Assembly (NCBI GenBank): GCA_016125275.1
Contig: WGMB01000002.1
Span: forward strand, 150,490 to 214,489
DNA from: Acidobacteriota bacterium
GTDB lineage: Bacteria > Acidobacteriota > Terriglobia > Bryobacterales > UBA6623
Length of the DNA stretch: 64,000 bases
Direction: 5' to 3'
Shown here: positions 63,867 to 64,000 of the stretch, piece by piece
How positions within the stretch are numbered: the stretch's first letter is position 1
Layout of the letters: each line of letters starts with the position of its first letter
Translations under genes and position numbers: made by a program
Notes under the pieces: generated by a model
Databases searched by the model: none
Told to the model about the DNA's origin: nothing
The model's input: only the letters and a program-made list of their open reading frames with translations

Positions 63867-64000
63867 TACTTTTTGGGCCGCGCCGTCCAAGGGTCGCTCC
63901 AGCGCGGGTCGGTCAGCAGCGTCTGGTCCGTCAACGAGCGCAAAAACTCCAGCAGGTCGCGCTTCTCGTCGGGAGACAGCTCTCGCCGGCGGATGGCGCG
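63866..64000 (-). CDS. C-terminal fragment of a di-haem cytochrome c peroxidase/MauG-family protein (5' part beyond the window end)
   Basis: Manual minus-strand translation: RAIRRRELSPDEKRDLLEFLRSLTDQTLLTDPRWSDPWTARPKK*. The ...L(S/T)xxExxxLxxFLxSLTD tail is typical of the CCP/MauG family. Confidence 0.55.
   Translation of the reverse strand, partial: RAIRRRELSPDEKRDLLEFLRSLTDQTLLTDPRWSDPWTARPKK

Overview
Densely coding, visibly GC-rich bacterial chromosomal segment; third codon positions are almost always G/C. I call 48 protein-coding genes (2 cut by the window edges), 1 frameshifted toxin pseudogene, 4 short tandem-repeat arrays, and a few hairpins and promoter-like sites. I recognised no rRNA, tRNA, CRISPR array, transposase or prophage gene. 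By inference the source is an Acidobacteriota genome (Solibacter/Bryobacter-like). The basis is a TIGR03437 'Solibacter C-terminal' domain, two Oar-like TonB-dependent receptors with carboxypeptidase-regulatory N-termini, and two PSCyt/PSD gene pairs (DUF1592+DUF1552, DUF1553+DUF1501). Other content: many secreted peptidases (S9, M14, M17, Zn_peptidase_2), three type II toxin-antitoxin modules, redox proteins (Bcp, TlpA-like, Rieske, GMC, amine oxidase), rpsU-mtaB, xerD, and a PAS histidine kinase with a double-receiver regulator. Observations most worth follow-up: (1) A thioredoxin-fold/CxxCH/PDZ gene has an in-frame TGA at the second Cys position of its CxxC motif (C-S-P-TGA), followed by a SECIS-like hairpin, making it a candidate selenoprotein. 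It is translationally coupled to a stand-alone DsbD-alpha-like protein. (2) A five-gene cluster is built around a form-IV RuBisCO-like protein and a DUF1537 acid-sugar kinase. It resembles D-apionate-type catabolism but carries an embedded HemL-like aminotransferase. (3) A secreted protein has a predicted mature N-terminus (CSCMPRGPVC...) and core motifs that resemble the animal TIMP/NTR metalloprotease-inhibitor module. (4) A family of GTGAGC-core tandem repeats (7-mer x11, 7-mer x9 in inverted orientation 19 kb away, 10-mer x5) sits immediately 3' of stop codons. All functional calls come from reading the translations by eye. No database search was run.
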